Assembly (NCBI GenBank): GCA_020891255.1
Contig: BQFW01000004.1
Span: forward strand, 2,604,001 to 2,668,000
Direction of reading: 5' to 3'
Source of the DNA: Entomortierella parvispora E1425
Lineage: Eukaryota; Fungi; Mortierellomycota
DNA length: 64,000 nt
In this document: one piece after another, positions 50,669 through 64,000 of the stretch
How positions within the stretch are numbered: position 1 is the first letter of the stretch
Layout of the letters: every line of letters starts with the position of its first letter
Program-made: the position numbers and the translations under genes
The notes under the pieces: generated by a model
The model's input: only the letters and a program-made list of their open reading frames with translations
The model's database searches: none
Told to the model about the DNA's origin: nothing

Positions 50669-53600
50669 CTACTCGATCAAAAACAAGCGACCAGTTTTTT
50701 GCTTCTCGGACGCGTCCAGTACCACAGGGTGCACTTTTTGCACATCGTGGACAATCTCCAACAGCTCGCTCTTGCCCTCGCCCGTTGACCCGCCGATGAT
50801 CTGGCTTCCGCTGGCCAATCTCCAGAGGACTTCAAATACGGGTTTCCGTCCGCTCACACCAAAGGGAGAGCGGTCTTGACCGTGTCCTGAAGCCTTCCAT
50901 TCCTCAATCGCTTTTTCGACTTCGCCCAATTGCTTGATACATTCCTTCTGGAAAGCCAAAAGGCCATCTGAGACGGGAGGTGACAAGGCAGACTGCGAGA
51001 TAACTCGTTCCAAAGATCGAGTGCAGAGCTGGAAGGACACCAAAGGTTCGCGGTAAAGGTTGGGCGATTCCTTGTCAAAGAGCATCTTGCTTGGCTGTAA
51101 TGACTCGGCAACGATGCGAGCTGTAAAGAATAAAGTCATGAAGTAAAAAGGAGTATTAGATCAGGTTTGCTATGGAATCGTGTACCGAAAAAAAAAAAAA
51201 AAAAAAAAAAAATACCTGGCTTTCCAATGCCCATGAAGCTCGAGACAAGCGACTCAATCAGAAGCTGCACCTGAATCTCGTTCGCGTTCTGTCCAGCAAA
51301 CATCTTGAGCTGCTGATCGTACACCAGAGTCAGGGCCTTCTCAGATGAGACACCATAAGGAAGCTGGATACCGAGCGACACAATGCGAGCGGCCTCCTCG
51401 CGGACCTCCTCCTCGTCATCCTGAAGTTGCCAGGTCAAAGTCTCAAAGAGTTTCAAAAATGCTCGTGTCTTTTCCACACTTGGCGTTGGTTGAGTGGGGT
51501 CCAAGAGCTGGCCAGTGAAGCAGGCAATGGACTCCAACGCGGCCTCACGAAGCTGAAGGGTCTATATTCGTTTGAGAAAACACGCAGGCAAAAGCGTGTG
51601 TTGTTAATAAGGAGAACATAGAGCCATCAGCAATTATTGGCTTTGCTAGAAAGAGCATTATCTTACCTGGTACTCGTTTGCGTGCTTGTGAATAGAGTCT
51701 GCCCATCGGTTCAAGCAGTCGATTCTCAATGGTTCAGGAACACTGGAGTCATTCCAAATCTATCAAAAGGAAAAAATCTGGTTAGAGCCACGCTCATGAA
51801 ACAATATCCCTCGGATATGATAATGCCTCCCTTCACTTACTTGAACAAAGACAGCTCCTGTAGCAGGCAAGATAGCCTCGACGACAGCGACACCTCCAGT
51901 AGCCTCATCGTTGATCCTCATAAAGAGTCTGTTCCAGAACTCGACAATGTTGACGGAAGATCCAGTGGGGAAAGGCGTCTTCTTGCCTCCAAGGCTCATT
52001 ACCAACGCAACCTCGGCTCTCAAGCACTCCAAGTTCTCCTCACCCTTGAACAGGCTGTTGATCAGCGTGTTATGAATGCTACGCACATCCAGGCGAGAGT
52101 GAACGCCCTCTTTGTTGTTCAGCAGTTGTGCTTGAAGAGTCTCTAGAGTCTCCAGACGGACTTCATAGTCTGCATCCTTCAGCAGGTTGCACACCATAAC
52201 ACTCGCTTGATCCTTGCCCAGGGCTCCGTTCTTGCCCAAGGCTGAAGCAGAAATCATGATGCGAGCCATCAAACGGCGAACGAGATGACCCCCAACCTGC
52301 TGGCGGTAGGTCAGACTTTCCTCCATCAATCCAACGACCGAGTGATCGACAATGAAATCACGAATACCCTTGAAGTGCAAATCACTCAAGCGTCGCATCT
52401 CCTCGCGTTCGGATTCCATCTCCATCTCTGCACCTTCTTCCAGCTCTACAGAGTCTTGTCCCATCCAGTCTTCGGAAAGAACAAACTCGGCATAGATCGA
52501 CAACACCATCCAACGGTTCAACTGGCATCCTGTCCTGAGCACACGTTCAGTCACGGGTCCAAATGCGTTCGCGAATCGGGTCACAAAGGCCTGACGGACC
52601 ACCCGATCGGCAACACCTTCGCTCAAGAGGTGGCCACGAAGAAGGAACTGAACCTGGACCAAGAGACCATGGGTCTCATTCTGCGAAATCTGAGACTTTA
52701 AGCATCCGTTCAAGATATCGACCACTAGATCCATCAAGTCCCGAGACGCCACCAGGGGAATCAAGGCTCTGGCAGCCATCTCGCGTGTCTTCCAGATAGC
52801 ACTGGCAGCACAACGACGCACCAAGACCACGAAAGCAGACATGCCTCCGTCGATCGCATCTGCAGGGTCAGCGTGAAGACTGGGTTGGAGGCGAGACAAC
52901 AACGTCAGAACAGGGTAAAGACCAGGGTGAACACGGTCCTGGGAGGCATCTGTGCCCAAAAGTTGACCGACGGCGACCTCCAGTTGCTCCTGCAAAAATC
53001 CGCAGAGTCCCTCAAGACGAGCAAAGAGCTCGCGACTGGCAATGCCGTTGATGGCCTGATGCTCATCACGGACTCTCTTGGCTCCGAAGACACGGTGCAA
53101 CAAAGTCGAGAACAACATCATACCGCAGTTACGGACAGCCCATGAAGGAGAAGAGAAAGCTCGGATAGAGAGCTCGAGTCCCTGACCCACATAGGGCAGC
53201 ACTGAGGTGCTCAGCTTTGCGTCCATAAACAGCTTTCGCAAGACGTTCATGGCGTGAATCTGAGGCAGATCAACTTGTTGGTTGGCATCCGCACTAACAG
53301 GCTTGACCGCAATGGCCATAACGCGACGCATGACCATAGGAAGAAGGGTCCTCCTGCTGTCTGAAAGTTCCGCATTCACAATGGCCAAGATGCAGAGAGG
53401 CAAACCAGCAGAACGACGGGTAACCGAGATGGTATCGCTCAAAATAGAATCCAAGTTCTCCTCCAACCATGCTCTGGGCAAAGCTGCCAATCCTGCGTCT
53501 TCCGAGTTCAAAAGTCTCGTGCATAACGAAATATAGGCAGGGAAGACGGAAGAGAAGGCGCCGGGATGACGGATAGTAGTCAAGAGTCTACGGAAGAGCC

Positions 53601-56600
53601 CTCCAGCGCGCTCAAGAGCAATAGGCTCCAGAATACCATCGACCTTTCCAGAGCTGCTTCCCAGCGTGGCCTTGGAGAGAACCAACTCCATCAACGAAGA
53701 CGACTCCTTAATGGCTCGCCAGCAATAACTGAGAATGACTTGGTGGTTAGGACCTCCACTTTGCTCAAACTCGTCTCCTCCAGAAGAGCTAATCACAGCA
53801 TCGATCGACTCTTCCATCTCTGTAAAAGTAGCGGGGATGTTGCCTTCGGGAGAGGGGTTCGAAAGAACACCCATGACGACCGAGCACACCATTTCTACCA
53901 ATTCCATCATGTCTGCATGGATGGCTTGCCAGAGTGGTCGATGGTTCGTGACAAGAGGTGAGGCGTAATCGATAGAGGAGAAGAGATAGCGCAGGCCAAT
54001 AAGAGTTCCGTGCATTGGGTAGTTGTGAGCGGCATCCAGTTGGTTCAGTCTAGCATGCTCGAGTTGAATCCGAAGCAAATTCTGGAGTCGGATGGTAAAG
54101 TCAACTAGTAGTAAATGGGGAAAGGGAAGTGCAGTAATGGCAAGTTAGTATAACTAAAGCATTGGAAGTCACCCCACAGACATATTGTCATGGGCCACAA
54201 AAAAAAATACCTGCTGGGACACCGGTGTCCTTGGCAAGCTTGATGTTTGTCAAATCCACGGATCCATCGTATGGGAGCTGGATATCCCAACCAAGCTCAA
54301 TAGCATACTTGACAAAGATGGTCTTCAAGACCAATCCACCAGAGTCACTTTCGCCAGCGCGAGTACTCTTCAACCAGTCCAAGCCCCAACGAACTAAACC
54401 GTCAACGGCCTCCTTTGATTGATATCCAGTGAAAGGGGCCTTGAAGGCCATCAAGATCTCAAAAGCTTGCTCTCGGCAGTGGTCGAAAGGGTTCAACAAA
54501 CATCCTAGCAGGATCTTTGTATGTTCTTCGTTTGCGATCGGGAGCTGGAATGGGAATCGAGAAATTTCGCCAGGCTTGGATCCTGGAGGCAGGGGTGTCG
54601 ACTCGATTCCAAAGGTTTTGATCATCACGCCCAAAAGTCTCAAACTGGTGGAAACACGCTGGAAAGAGGCGCCTGGGTAGATGGATGAGAAGCAATGGTT
54701 CAACAGCCATTCCAGGAATGATTTTGTCTCGGCGACCTTGACTTCCCGCTCTTTGATCATTGCAGCCACATCATCCTGAGTCAAGTTCTTTTGACCCACG
54801 GGGGTATGAAGACGAGCAATCTCTCGAGTGAGCACATAGCAGTTGCCTCGGACACGGAACAAGAACTTTGCCAGGTGAGAGTACAGCTTTTGACGGAAGT
54901 CTGGAGTCACTGAGTTCAGGTTGAGTGGGAGGAACTGCATCAGTAGCTCGTACTCAATAAGAGCAACAGGCGTAGTGGATTTCCTGGACTCGCACAAAAT
55001 TCCCATTACGTCAATACGAATGTCTCCAGAGGCATGGTGCATCGCAGCATGAAGGGTCGAGATATTAATTGTCCGTTCCAAAGCGCCCAAGTGAGATCCG
55101 CTAGCCGAGGTCTTCGAATAGTGGCTGGCGTCGATCAGATCCAAGGAGCGAGCAGTTTTGATGGAGAGAACAATGGCATTGAATCGGTATTGTTCCTCTG
55201 TGATATATCCACTGTAAGCGCTGTTATCCTGCTCGTTCAAGACGCCCAGCAGAGTCCAGAATGCTTCCTTGCAGGTCGAGAAAAGCGGCGAGAAAATGAA
55301 GTGGCCAAGATGCTTGCGGATCAAATCGTTATCGGTTGTAAGAGCTTGGGTGATGGGCTTCAGCCAGAAGTCAAGCCATGGCTGGATAGCCTTTTGACGA
55401 GCCTCTTGCTCCACCTTGGGGTCGACAGTTGAGACTTCAGCCGCTGCTGCCTTCATTGCCCTTTTGGAGGTTGGTGTTGACAGGACATTGGCTCCTGCGG
55501 CATCGATGGCCAGGCATTCTTTCCATGACTTTTCGATCATTGCATTGATTGCTACGGCTGCTCCTGGGGCGGTTGCGAGCTGTTCCAAGGCCAAAATAGC
55601 CTGGGCAAGCGCGTCGTGTCGTAATTGAACGACTTCATTAATCGAGACGCGATGAACTAAAATAGCCAAGATGGGGTGTTTTGATTTGCGATGTCCATCT
55701 GCCATGAGGATACGCTGAAGCAGTTGCAGGACAAATGGTGGTGTCGAATGTTGTCCTTGGAGCTCAGCCTTCAAGAAGACAATGTCCAAAAGAAGATCCA
55801 GAATGTTTTTGACCTTGTGCTGCACAGTGTCGACTGGATCCTCCCAATAGTCGAGTACGTATGTAGTAAGTCGCTCCTGTGCCTGGTCGTTGATGCATTC
55901 TGCCAAAGCATTCTTCATTTCTGCAGAGGCAGTAGACTTTTCGCCTAAATGAAGCTTTGTCTGTTGGAGCCAATGACCCATTGTCTCGAACGCGCTCGTT
56001 TTGCTGGACATGTCCTTGGAGGTCGCGCACAAAAAGGCAATGGCGTGGAAGAGCACTTGATGCAACATCAGTCCATGCTTGTTCATGTCGTGAAAGACTG
56101 CAGGTGCGTACCACTGCTCAACTTCTGTCACCGGCATCACCAAGGCTTCCTGACGGATATTGGTCAACAATCCACGGACGATCCCCAGCATGTACATTCC
56201 TGCATCCTCCTCGCCTGGGCCGCATTTTTCACCAAGGTAAGTATTCCAGCCATAGTCCATTTCGATCATGGTCCTTGGAATCTCGGGGAGGTATGTGAGG
56301 TCCTGACCGTTCAATCCAAACACCAATCCGACGATGCGACTGGTGGCTTCCTGTACAGATGGTGATGTGAGATCCACAAGATTGGCAAAGACCATGCCAG
56401 AGATTGAAGAAACGTCGCGATGGTAGACTGCTGAAGAGGACACTGTAATGGCATCCTTGAGGATTCTCAGAATGTAGAGCTGAGGGTTGTGTGTTGAAGA
56501 TATTTCAAATTTATGGGTGGATCCTGACTGGCTCCCGTTGGTGACGATCAATCTGGAGATGATGGCGAGAATCAGCTTAAGGATAAATTCCAGATCCAGC

Positions 56601-57452
56601 ATGGCGTCGGTGTGTTCGCTGGGGACGTGATCTCTCGAAACCTATATGAATGGGTATTGCCACTAACTAGTCAGACATACAAGTCGACGTCGACTATATC
56701 AGAAGCATCCTTGTTGTACTGAATAAGGCTCTCACCTCGACATCTGTTGCTTGGACACGTTCATGAAGCAAGATTGAAAGCTGATCCAGAATATGATCCA
56801 CGTCAGCCGTGATTGCTGTCCTGCCCATGGCGTAATCCAGTGTTGTATAGAGACAGAGAGCACGCTGGTGCCAAGACATTTCAATGTCGATCCTTGAGGG
56901 TGTGTTGATGGTGAAGATGTCCTGGGTCACGACGGATCGGAGAGCCGACACGATGACTCCCTGGGGATCCGACTCGTCGGGCTGAAAGTGTGGTTGAAGA
57001 GATTGAATAAGGGCAAAGATCTGTTTCCGAGAAGGCAGTTTTGCAGATGCAAAGTAATATAAGGCGATGAACTGCGAGAATGCGATTTGAAAGTCGGGCT
57101 GATCCAGGAGCTGGCTATGCTTTTCCTTTTGCACCTTGACCGCTTGATCTGATATCACGAAGAACGATTGTCAGTAGCTGCGCGGACGACAGAGAGCGGT
57201 GGAACAGCGTATCTATGACAAACATAGCCTACCGAGCTTTTTAAACGCGGCAGCTTGCTGCTGGGAGGTGGTGCGGCCAAAGTTCTCCTGCTCGTTCTTG
57301 GAGTCTTCAACAAAGGCGATCCATGCGGCGACCAGAGGCTGGTCCTTGTGAGGGCCAGCAAAGGGCCGGACCAGGTCGGACCAAACGGGTGCAAAGGCCA
57401 CGGAGAGGTCCTTTGCCTGGAATGCCTGCTTTGTGCGTTGATGCAGCACCAT
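50669..57452 (-). CDS. THADA: THADA / Trm732 (DUF2428 armadillo-repeat tRNA 2'-O-methylation cofactor), about 7 exons
   Basis: Exons 57452-57233, 57148-56736, 56641-54211, 54104-51841, ~51758-51666, ~51563-51216, 51120-50669. Motifs: HGTLIGLRY, ILSYCWRAIKESS, RHPGAFSSV, TRRSAGLP, QIHAMNVLR, WAVRNCGMMLF, HPGLYPVLTLLSRL, LFDKESPNLYREP. Confidence 0.92.
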
Positions 57453-57722
57453 GGCAGAGAGGAATGGGGGCAGGGAGGGGAGGATGGAGGGATGAATGCA
57501 GAGGCAAAGGAGCAATGCACATATGCGAATATCGAATATGCGTTCATTTTTTTCTTTTTCTTTTTTTTTCCACTTGTTTTCACTCCGCTCAGCCACCCAT
57601 CCGCGAAAGAGACCGTTGCATGTGGCATTCGTGGCATGGTCTTCTCTTGTCTCTTTTCTTCTTCTTCTTCTTCTTCTCTCACGCGTCATCATCCCCTTCC
57701 TTTCCCCTCATCGCATCCGACA

Positions 57723-58825
57723 ATGAAGCTGGTCATCGCTCCCCGCTCTGCCAAGTCGCGCAAGTTCCCCATCACCCTCGACCTCGTCGGCTCGCCTGCT
57801 GATGTCAAGGTCGAGACCGTCCAGGCCGCCATCGAAGCAAAGTTCCCTGAACTCTATGTCGATCGCCAGCGTCTGACGGTCGAGAAGGTTGCCCTCGAGA
57901 CTGGCAAGACCCTGTCTGACTATGGCCTCAAGGATGGTGACTCGGTCACCTTTAAGGACCTTGGTACTTGCCGTCCTCCTGTTATTTTATTATTTTTTCT
58001 TTTCAAGAAACTGCAGGGATGGAGTACTGACAACCTACTCTTTTGCCTGTGCGATGTAGGCCCCCAGATTAGCTGGAGAACCGTCTTTTTGATCGAGTAC
58101 GGCGGACCTCTGGTCATCCACCCTCTTATCTACTACCTCCCTTCGCTTTTCTATGGAGAGTCCTTTGAGCACAGCTGGATGCAGACGTAAGTTCCTCCCG
58201 TCACGGCTCGATGTGTGTTTCCATGGCCCGGGTGCTCTTCCTTGTCGCGTCATTTTTAACCTCTTATCTATCTGCATAAACTAGTGTCACTTACTGGATG
58301 GTGATGCTCCACTTTTTGAAGCGCGAGTACGAGACGGTGTTTGTCCATCGTTTCTCGCACGGCACCATGCCCTTCCGCAACGTGTTCAAGAACAGTGCTC
58401 ATTACCACATCTTGTCTGGATTGAACTTGGCTTACTGGGTGTACGGTCCTTGGAACGCTGCCGGCACAACATTGGCGGAGCGTAGCGATGCTTTGGTCTA
58501 TGGATGCATTGCCCTCTTTATCTTTGCCGAGGTGTCCAACTTCAGCACTCACGTCACTCTCCGCAACTTGCGCCCCCCTGGTACCCGTGTCCGCAAGATC
58601 CCCCGCGGCTACGGTTTTGAGTGGGTGTCGTGCCCCAACTATTTCTTTGAGACTTTGGCCTGGTTGTCCGTCTCGATCTTGACCATGTCCTGGTCCGCCC
58701 ATTTGTTCTTTGTTGTTGCCGTCGGCCAGATGTACATTTGGGCCCTCAAGAAGCACCGCAGCTACCGCAAGGACTTCTCAGACTACCCCCGCAAGCGCAA
58801 GGCCATGTTCCCCTTGTTGTCCTAA
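57723..58825 (+). CDS. TSC13: Very-long-chain enoyl-CoA reductase (Tsc13/TECR) with an N-terminal ubiquitin-like domain, 3 exons
   Basis: Exons ~57723-57964, 58060-58186, ~58284-58825. KDLGPQISWRTVFLIEYGGP, HFLKREYETVFVHRFSHGTMP, KNSAHY, SCPNYFFE, WALKKHRSY. Confidence 0.95.
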
Positions 58826-59114
58826 GCTTTTTTTTCATGGTCGTGTGCCTCCTCTGTCGACGCGAAATAAAACATCGTAAAACAAAAAAAAAAATGATGA
58901 TCCAAAAGCAGTCCCGCCCATGAGTTCAAAAAGCGCAGAAAAGGCGCGGCACAAATGCATCCATGCCTCTTTCTTCCTGATCTTGACTCCTTTTGGAATC
59001 CTCGCTCCTTCTTGACCCCCCATCACGCCTTTACCTTTACTCCAAGACAGCAGGACCGTATCGTTTGCGCGTTGAATCAGCCCCAGGACTCTACACAAAA
59101 GTCATTTTGCCACC

Positions 59115-62100
59115 ATGGCAGCTGTCAAACCCATCTATGAGGAACGCGACTTTGTCCTGAATGAGGTACATGCCCAACCAACAAGACAAACCGAAAAGAG
59201 ATCAAAAGTGCATCCAGAGCTCTTACACTTTATGTGTTGTCAATATAGGATATATCGTATACACAGCTCAAGCCTTCTGTCACTGTTACGCTCGGCCAGG
59301 AGCCTCTGCCAGAGAAGGCAGCTGCCACTGCCAATGTCTTTGCGGTGTCAAACACATATGGCTACTTTGTCGCAGGAAACGGAGATGGTATGAAGACATC
59401 ATGGAGGCTGTTAAGGAAACATAAGGGGTATAAGCCAGGGCGATTGTCTTGACGCAGAGAGGATTTTTTTTTTGTCATTCTTTTTGTAGGATTTTGCTTC
59501 GACACACTAAAGGCACTGAGAGCAGCCTTTGAGAACGGAGAACCAGACGCAGAAAACCCATTCACCGCCAGAACAAGAGTAGCTATCCCTAAGCAAGCTT
59601 TGCGCCTCATTAGACTTTCGGCAGACGAACTGACGGTCATTGTTGGATTGGCTGGAGGAGTTGTAGAGCTTTACAGCGTAGCCAAGTTGTTCATGAAGGT
59701 ATGTCGAATCGACACTCGCCCTTTTCTGGATATCGATGTTTGGAAAGTCCATTCTAATCAGTTGATGTGTTTTTGTAGTCAAAAGGAGTTGCTCCTGAGG
59801 CGACTTACAAACTTGGCGCAGAGATTGTCGACATCCGTCCTAATCCGGCGCCAGACATGGACATTGCCGCCGTCTTGTTTGATAACAACACCATCCACCT
59901 AGTCAACATGGAAGGACGCGCTCTTGCGACCCTAGACAAGCATAAGTACACATCCATGTGCTGGTCTGCGAAAGGAAAGCAAATTGCTTGTGGAACAGAC
60001 AACGGAGAACTGTATCAAATCGATCCCGCAGGAGTTGTGAAGAAGCGCTACCTGGCCAATCCCGAGAATGATGGCCATCGAGGTAATAATCAAAGCGGTC
60101 TATTCAAGGCAATGCTCTATAATCGAGCACAAGGATCAGAATTTGGTGCTGACTCTTTTGTTTTATTTCTCATAGTTGTTACCATTAGTTGGCCAGAATC
60201 ATTCACGTTCATTGTTGTGTACAACCCGCCACCTGAGGATGGTGAACCATCGCTTGAGTTCAACGTCTGCGTCATTACTTACACTAAGGAGACTGCAGCA
60301 ACGCCTCAGTACATCAGTCTCCGGGACGTGTGCTTTGCCTCGCCCTGTGACAACGCGGGCCATGCGTACTTCTTGACCAGCCCACTAAAATCTTGGTATG
60401 GACTTACTGTTCATGTATCGAAAGCTTGAGTGAATGCAAGAATATGCTGACCAACCCTCTTATATTTCACTTTCTAGGAGTGGCTCATTCAAAGAAGTGA
60501 TTGCCGTGGCCAGCTCTCCTTCAACTGATGTAGGAACAATTGGAAGAGATACAAAAGGAGCCTGGCAAAACTGGGATCTCAACGACACTTCAAAGGCTGT
60601 CATTGCAGGATACGACACGATTTGTGTGGGAACCGCAGTGGACTTGACGGCCACTAACAAATTGGAGCCAATGGAAGAGGACGGACCCAAAGTCCCTCCT
60701 GTTCCGATCTTTTACATGTACAACAACCTGGGCGTGCTCACCGCTTACCATGTGATTGATGTGCCCGCAGCAAAAGCTGGCAAGCCATGCCCGTCGATGA
60801 TTGTTCCGGCCGATGTCCCAGGTGTCAGCAAATCGGCTGCCGCTCCAGCACCTGCGCCTGTTGCTGCGCCTGTTGCTGCACCACCTCCATCAGTAAAGCC
60901 AAAGAAGGCTTCTGTTCCAACCATTCCCGCCTTGGCAGCGCCTAGTCCTGTACCTACCCCCAAGCCAGCTCCAGCACCTGTTCAGACACCGAGCTTCCAA
61001 AAGATCAAACCCAAGGACCCTGGCTCAATTCAAAGGCTGCTCGATGAGAAGGAGGAGCCAAAGAAGATTGTCCGCCATCAAGGCTCGAACGATGAAGTCC
61101 TAGCCCAATCAACTGCACCAAAAGCCAGCGCCGCCATGGATAAACTCTCTAGGCAGCTGGAAGATACGTATTTGGCAATGACCGAGGAGTTGCGGGCGCT
61201 GGAGGGACATATCAAACTGACCGAGGAGTTAGTCAAAGACCGGGAGCAATCTTTTGAGGAGCTGGATAAGTTTCTTCAGTTGACAGTAAGACGTATCAGC
61301 AAAGCGAAGGAAACGCGGGACTTGGCCGAAGGCGTCCTAGCAGAATTCACCGATCTTCGTGCGAACCTCATCAAGGGTAAGTTTTTGTCGGCGTTCTATT
61401 TTGTACAGTCTCATAATCATATTGCAAAAATTAATTAATCTCCATTGATCTAGTCATGACAAAGAAGGAGGAAGTTGGCCGTCTCTTGAAGGCTCGCCAA
61501 GATCCTAGCCTTCACGATAAGGTCTTGCTGAGTGAGTTGAGCCCAGCTCAAAAGAGTAAACAAGACCAGATGAAGAAGTCATTTGCCGTAAGTGAAAAGG
61601 ACCCTGGAGACTTTGACAATTCCGTGGGCTCGGATTGACCTCCTTTCCCGTTCACTATAGATTGTCGATAATGGCTTGCGTGAACTGGAGGACTATGTGG
61701 ACACCCTGAGTTTGAGAGTGCTGAAGATGAAAAACGGACATGACCCCGGGACGTCTACACTTGACAGCATTCGACGCACCATTCGCCATAACAGCTCCAC
61801 GCTTATCCAACGCCAGAGTGATCTTGACGACATTTCACGTGAACTCGATCGACTCTGTATCCCAGATGCTGTCACTGCAGAGCCTCTGTTGAAGTCAGAA
61901 TCTACCGTGCATGTTGCGAGAAAGCCGTTCAACATCGATGATGTCTGCTCTGCTTCTGTAGAGTCAAGACAGTTCACGGTCGCCAAGGAGGAGATGGCTC
62001 GCCAGCTTCGACGTGTGTTTACTGCTCCGTCAAGAACAAAGCCACTCATCCACACTTTCCATCAGAACAACCCGTCAGACCAGTTGACCTACATGCCTCG

Positions 62101-64000
62101 TATCCCAGCTCCTGTTCTCTCAGATGAACCACGACGCATTGAATCCAAAAAGAGACACTCTGCTTTGATCCAGCCAGCTCAAGTGGAGGCCATGGTGACC
62201 ACTTCAAAGTCACCCTTTACTTCCAACACCGTTGACAATGTTGCCTTTGGAAAGAGTAGCCCAGCTGCTCCTCAGGCTGCCTCTGGGTTCGGAGCCCCTG
62301 CAACACCTGGCTTTGGAGCACCCACCACGACTGGCTTTGGAGCGCCTGCCACGACTGGCTTTGGAGCGCCTGCCACGACTGGTTTTGGAGCACCCGCTGC
62401 GACTGGTTTTGGAGCACCCGCTGCGACTGGTTTTGGAGTGCCTGCCACGACTGGTTTTGGAGCGCCTGCCGCGCCGGGATTCTCTGGATCGCTATTCAAC
62501 TCGTCCCAAACTCTTGGTAAAGCGCCAGCGACCACTTTTGGATCAACATCCCCAACTCTCAGCAAAACGCCTGCAAACACCTTTGGATCAACATCTCCAG
62601 TCCTGAGCAAAACGCCCGCGGCTTTTGGATCTTCACCCGCGCCAGGCTTTGGAAGTTTCGGCTCAGTCCCAGCCTCTGGTTCTGGAAATATTCTTGGATC
62701 CGCGCCTTCTTCCGGCGCACCATTATTTGGTGCCGCTCCTACCACCACAGCCCCTTTGTTTGGCTCGACGCCTACGGGTGCCAAGTCCACAGGATTTGGA
62801 TTTTCATCTACGCCTCCAACGAGCGACAAATCCGCTGGCTTTGGATTCTCAGCACCTGCGCCTACTGAAGCTCCCAAGCCGTTTGCTGGATTCCAGGTTG
62901 CAAAGACCGAGCCAGCAGCTGCTAAAGACGAGGAAGAAAAGGTGGAGAGTGAACAAGAAGAGGAAGAGCAGGGTGGTGAGGAAGAGGAGGAAGGCGAGGA
63001 AGCCTATGGATCCGAGGGCGAAGAAGACGACTATGTCGGTGAGAACACGCGCGGCCGATTTGAACACGATGGACAGTACTATGACCTTGGAGATGAATCC
63101 GAGCCAGAGTCTTGGGGCTCGGACACCGACCAGCGCGACTATGAAAACGAAGGAGAGGAAGCTGAAGAAGAGCTCCCCGAAGATGAACAAGGTGACGAAG
63201 AGGAAGAAGAAGAAGAGGAGGAGGAAGAAGAAGGAGATGAGGCGACAGAGCCCAAGGATACCAAGGTCGCCGCCCCTGCATTCTCGTTTGCGGCCGCCGC
63301 AGCCAAATCGGCGGCTCCAGTCGTTCCTGCTTCAAGCGAGCCCAAAAAGCCAGACTTTTCATTCTTTGCGGCAGCGGCCGCCAAGAGCTCTCCCTTTGGA
63401 ACGGCTACTGGCAACAATACCTTTGGCACCCCTACCGCGTTTTCTTTTGGAGCGCCTTCTTCGACCCTTGCTACAAAGGGAACGTCTGCTGAAGCTCTTA
63501 CCCCAACCTCAGATGATGAATCCGCCTTGGATACCGCTGTTGGATCTACAAAGGCAAAGGACACTGTGAAGGAATCACCAAAAGAAGAGAAGGTTCCCGA
63601 GTCCAGCAAATCTGCTGTCACGGTGTCTGAGAGCAAGCCCCTCAAGACTGAGGAAGCAAAAGCACCGGAACCACGCTCACAAGTCCAGGAGAGCGACGAG
63701 GAGGAGTCAGAAGTTGAAGAGGAAGAGGAAGAGGAGGAAGAATACTCTGGCGCTGAGGACAACGAAGAACAGGACAGCGACTTTGACGAGGAAGAAGAGG
63801 AGGAAGAAGTTCAGTCCGGAGGTGATGACAGCGACAAGGAATCTGCATTGACTGCCGTCAAGGTCGGCGGTAGTTTTGGCGGATTACCTGCACTTAAGAG
63901 CGACCTGGCATCCTCTGCTGGATCTTTCAATCTAGTTGAGAAATCCTCAGCCTTTGATAACTCAGCACTAGGAGCAGCTCTTTCCAGTTCGAACATTGCC
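59115..64000 (+). CDS. NUP159: FG nucleoporin of the Nup159/Nup146/NUP214 family; 3' end lies beyond the window
   Basis: N-terminal beta-propeller segments (VFAVSNTYGYFVAG, IRLSADELTVIV, SMCWSAKGKQIACG). Then a Pro/Ala linker, a coiled coil (~61130-61900), FG repeats (62285-62880, 63270-63450) and acidic blocks. The frame stays open to the window end. Confidence 0.85.
62285..62484 (+). repeat. Coding tandem repeat, 24-nt unit x about 8 (APATTGFG), FG repeats
   Basis: Near-identical units such as GCGCCTGCCACGACTGGCTTTGGA, read directly from the sequence. Confidence 0.95.
62534..62630 (+). repeat. Coding duplication, 45-nt unit x2 plus a partial copy (TFGSTSPxLSKTPA)
   Basis: ACTTTTGGATCAACATCCCCAACTCTCAGCAAAACGCCTGCAAAC is followed by ACCTTTGGATCAACATCTCCAGTCCTGAGCAAAACGCCCGCG. 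Confidence 0.9.

Noticed and set aside
62272-63762. Long antisense and alternative-frame ORFs over the nucleoporin
   Set aside because: They are shadows of repetitive FG/acidic coding sequence.

Overview
Gene-dense, intron-containing eukaryotic DNA, most likely from an early-diverging fungus. Mortierellaceae-like is my inference from the ~85-120 nt introns with long poly-T tracts, poly-Q/low-complexity proteins and retention of animal-like genes. I can support 19 protein-coding genes: ABHD4/CLD1-type lipase, Aurora kinase, C2H2 transcription factor, a 62-aa microprotein, DUF1295 reductase-like protein, Tea4/Bud14 SH3 polarity protein, a very large PIP kinase, beta-tubulin, SMPD4 homolog, septin CDC12, TMEM184/OST-alpha, UBE3B-type HECT ligase, DUF1749 hydrolase, TSR3, IMP4, a cryptic hemerythrin (HHE) gene, THADA/TRM732, TSC13/TECR, and the 5' part of a NUP159/NUP214 nucleoporin. 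I saw no tRNA, rRNA, transposon or CRISPR array. The most striking observation is the hemerythrin gene (49336-50321), which the ORF track does not show as a unit. Its four metal-ligand helices are split by a single +1 frame discontinuity at CCA-CCT-TTT-TCA-G. This could be a homopolymer error, a pseudogenising indel, a 19/22-nt micro-intron or programmed frameshifting. Other notable items are a PIP kinase with a ~325-aa insertion in its activation loop and an N-terminal hydrophobic anchor, animal-type SMPD4/UBE3B/NUP214-like architectures, a 226-bp bidirectional promoter shared by two small-subunit biogenesis genes, and recurrent GTCACGTG and ATGCATGCAT promoter motifs. Exon boundaries were read by eye and family assignments rest on remembered motifs; no database searches were run.
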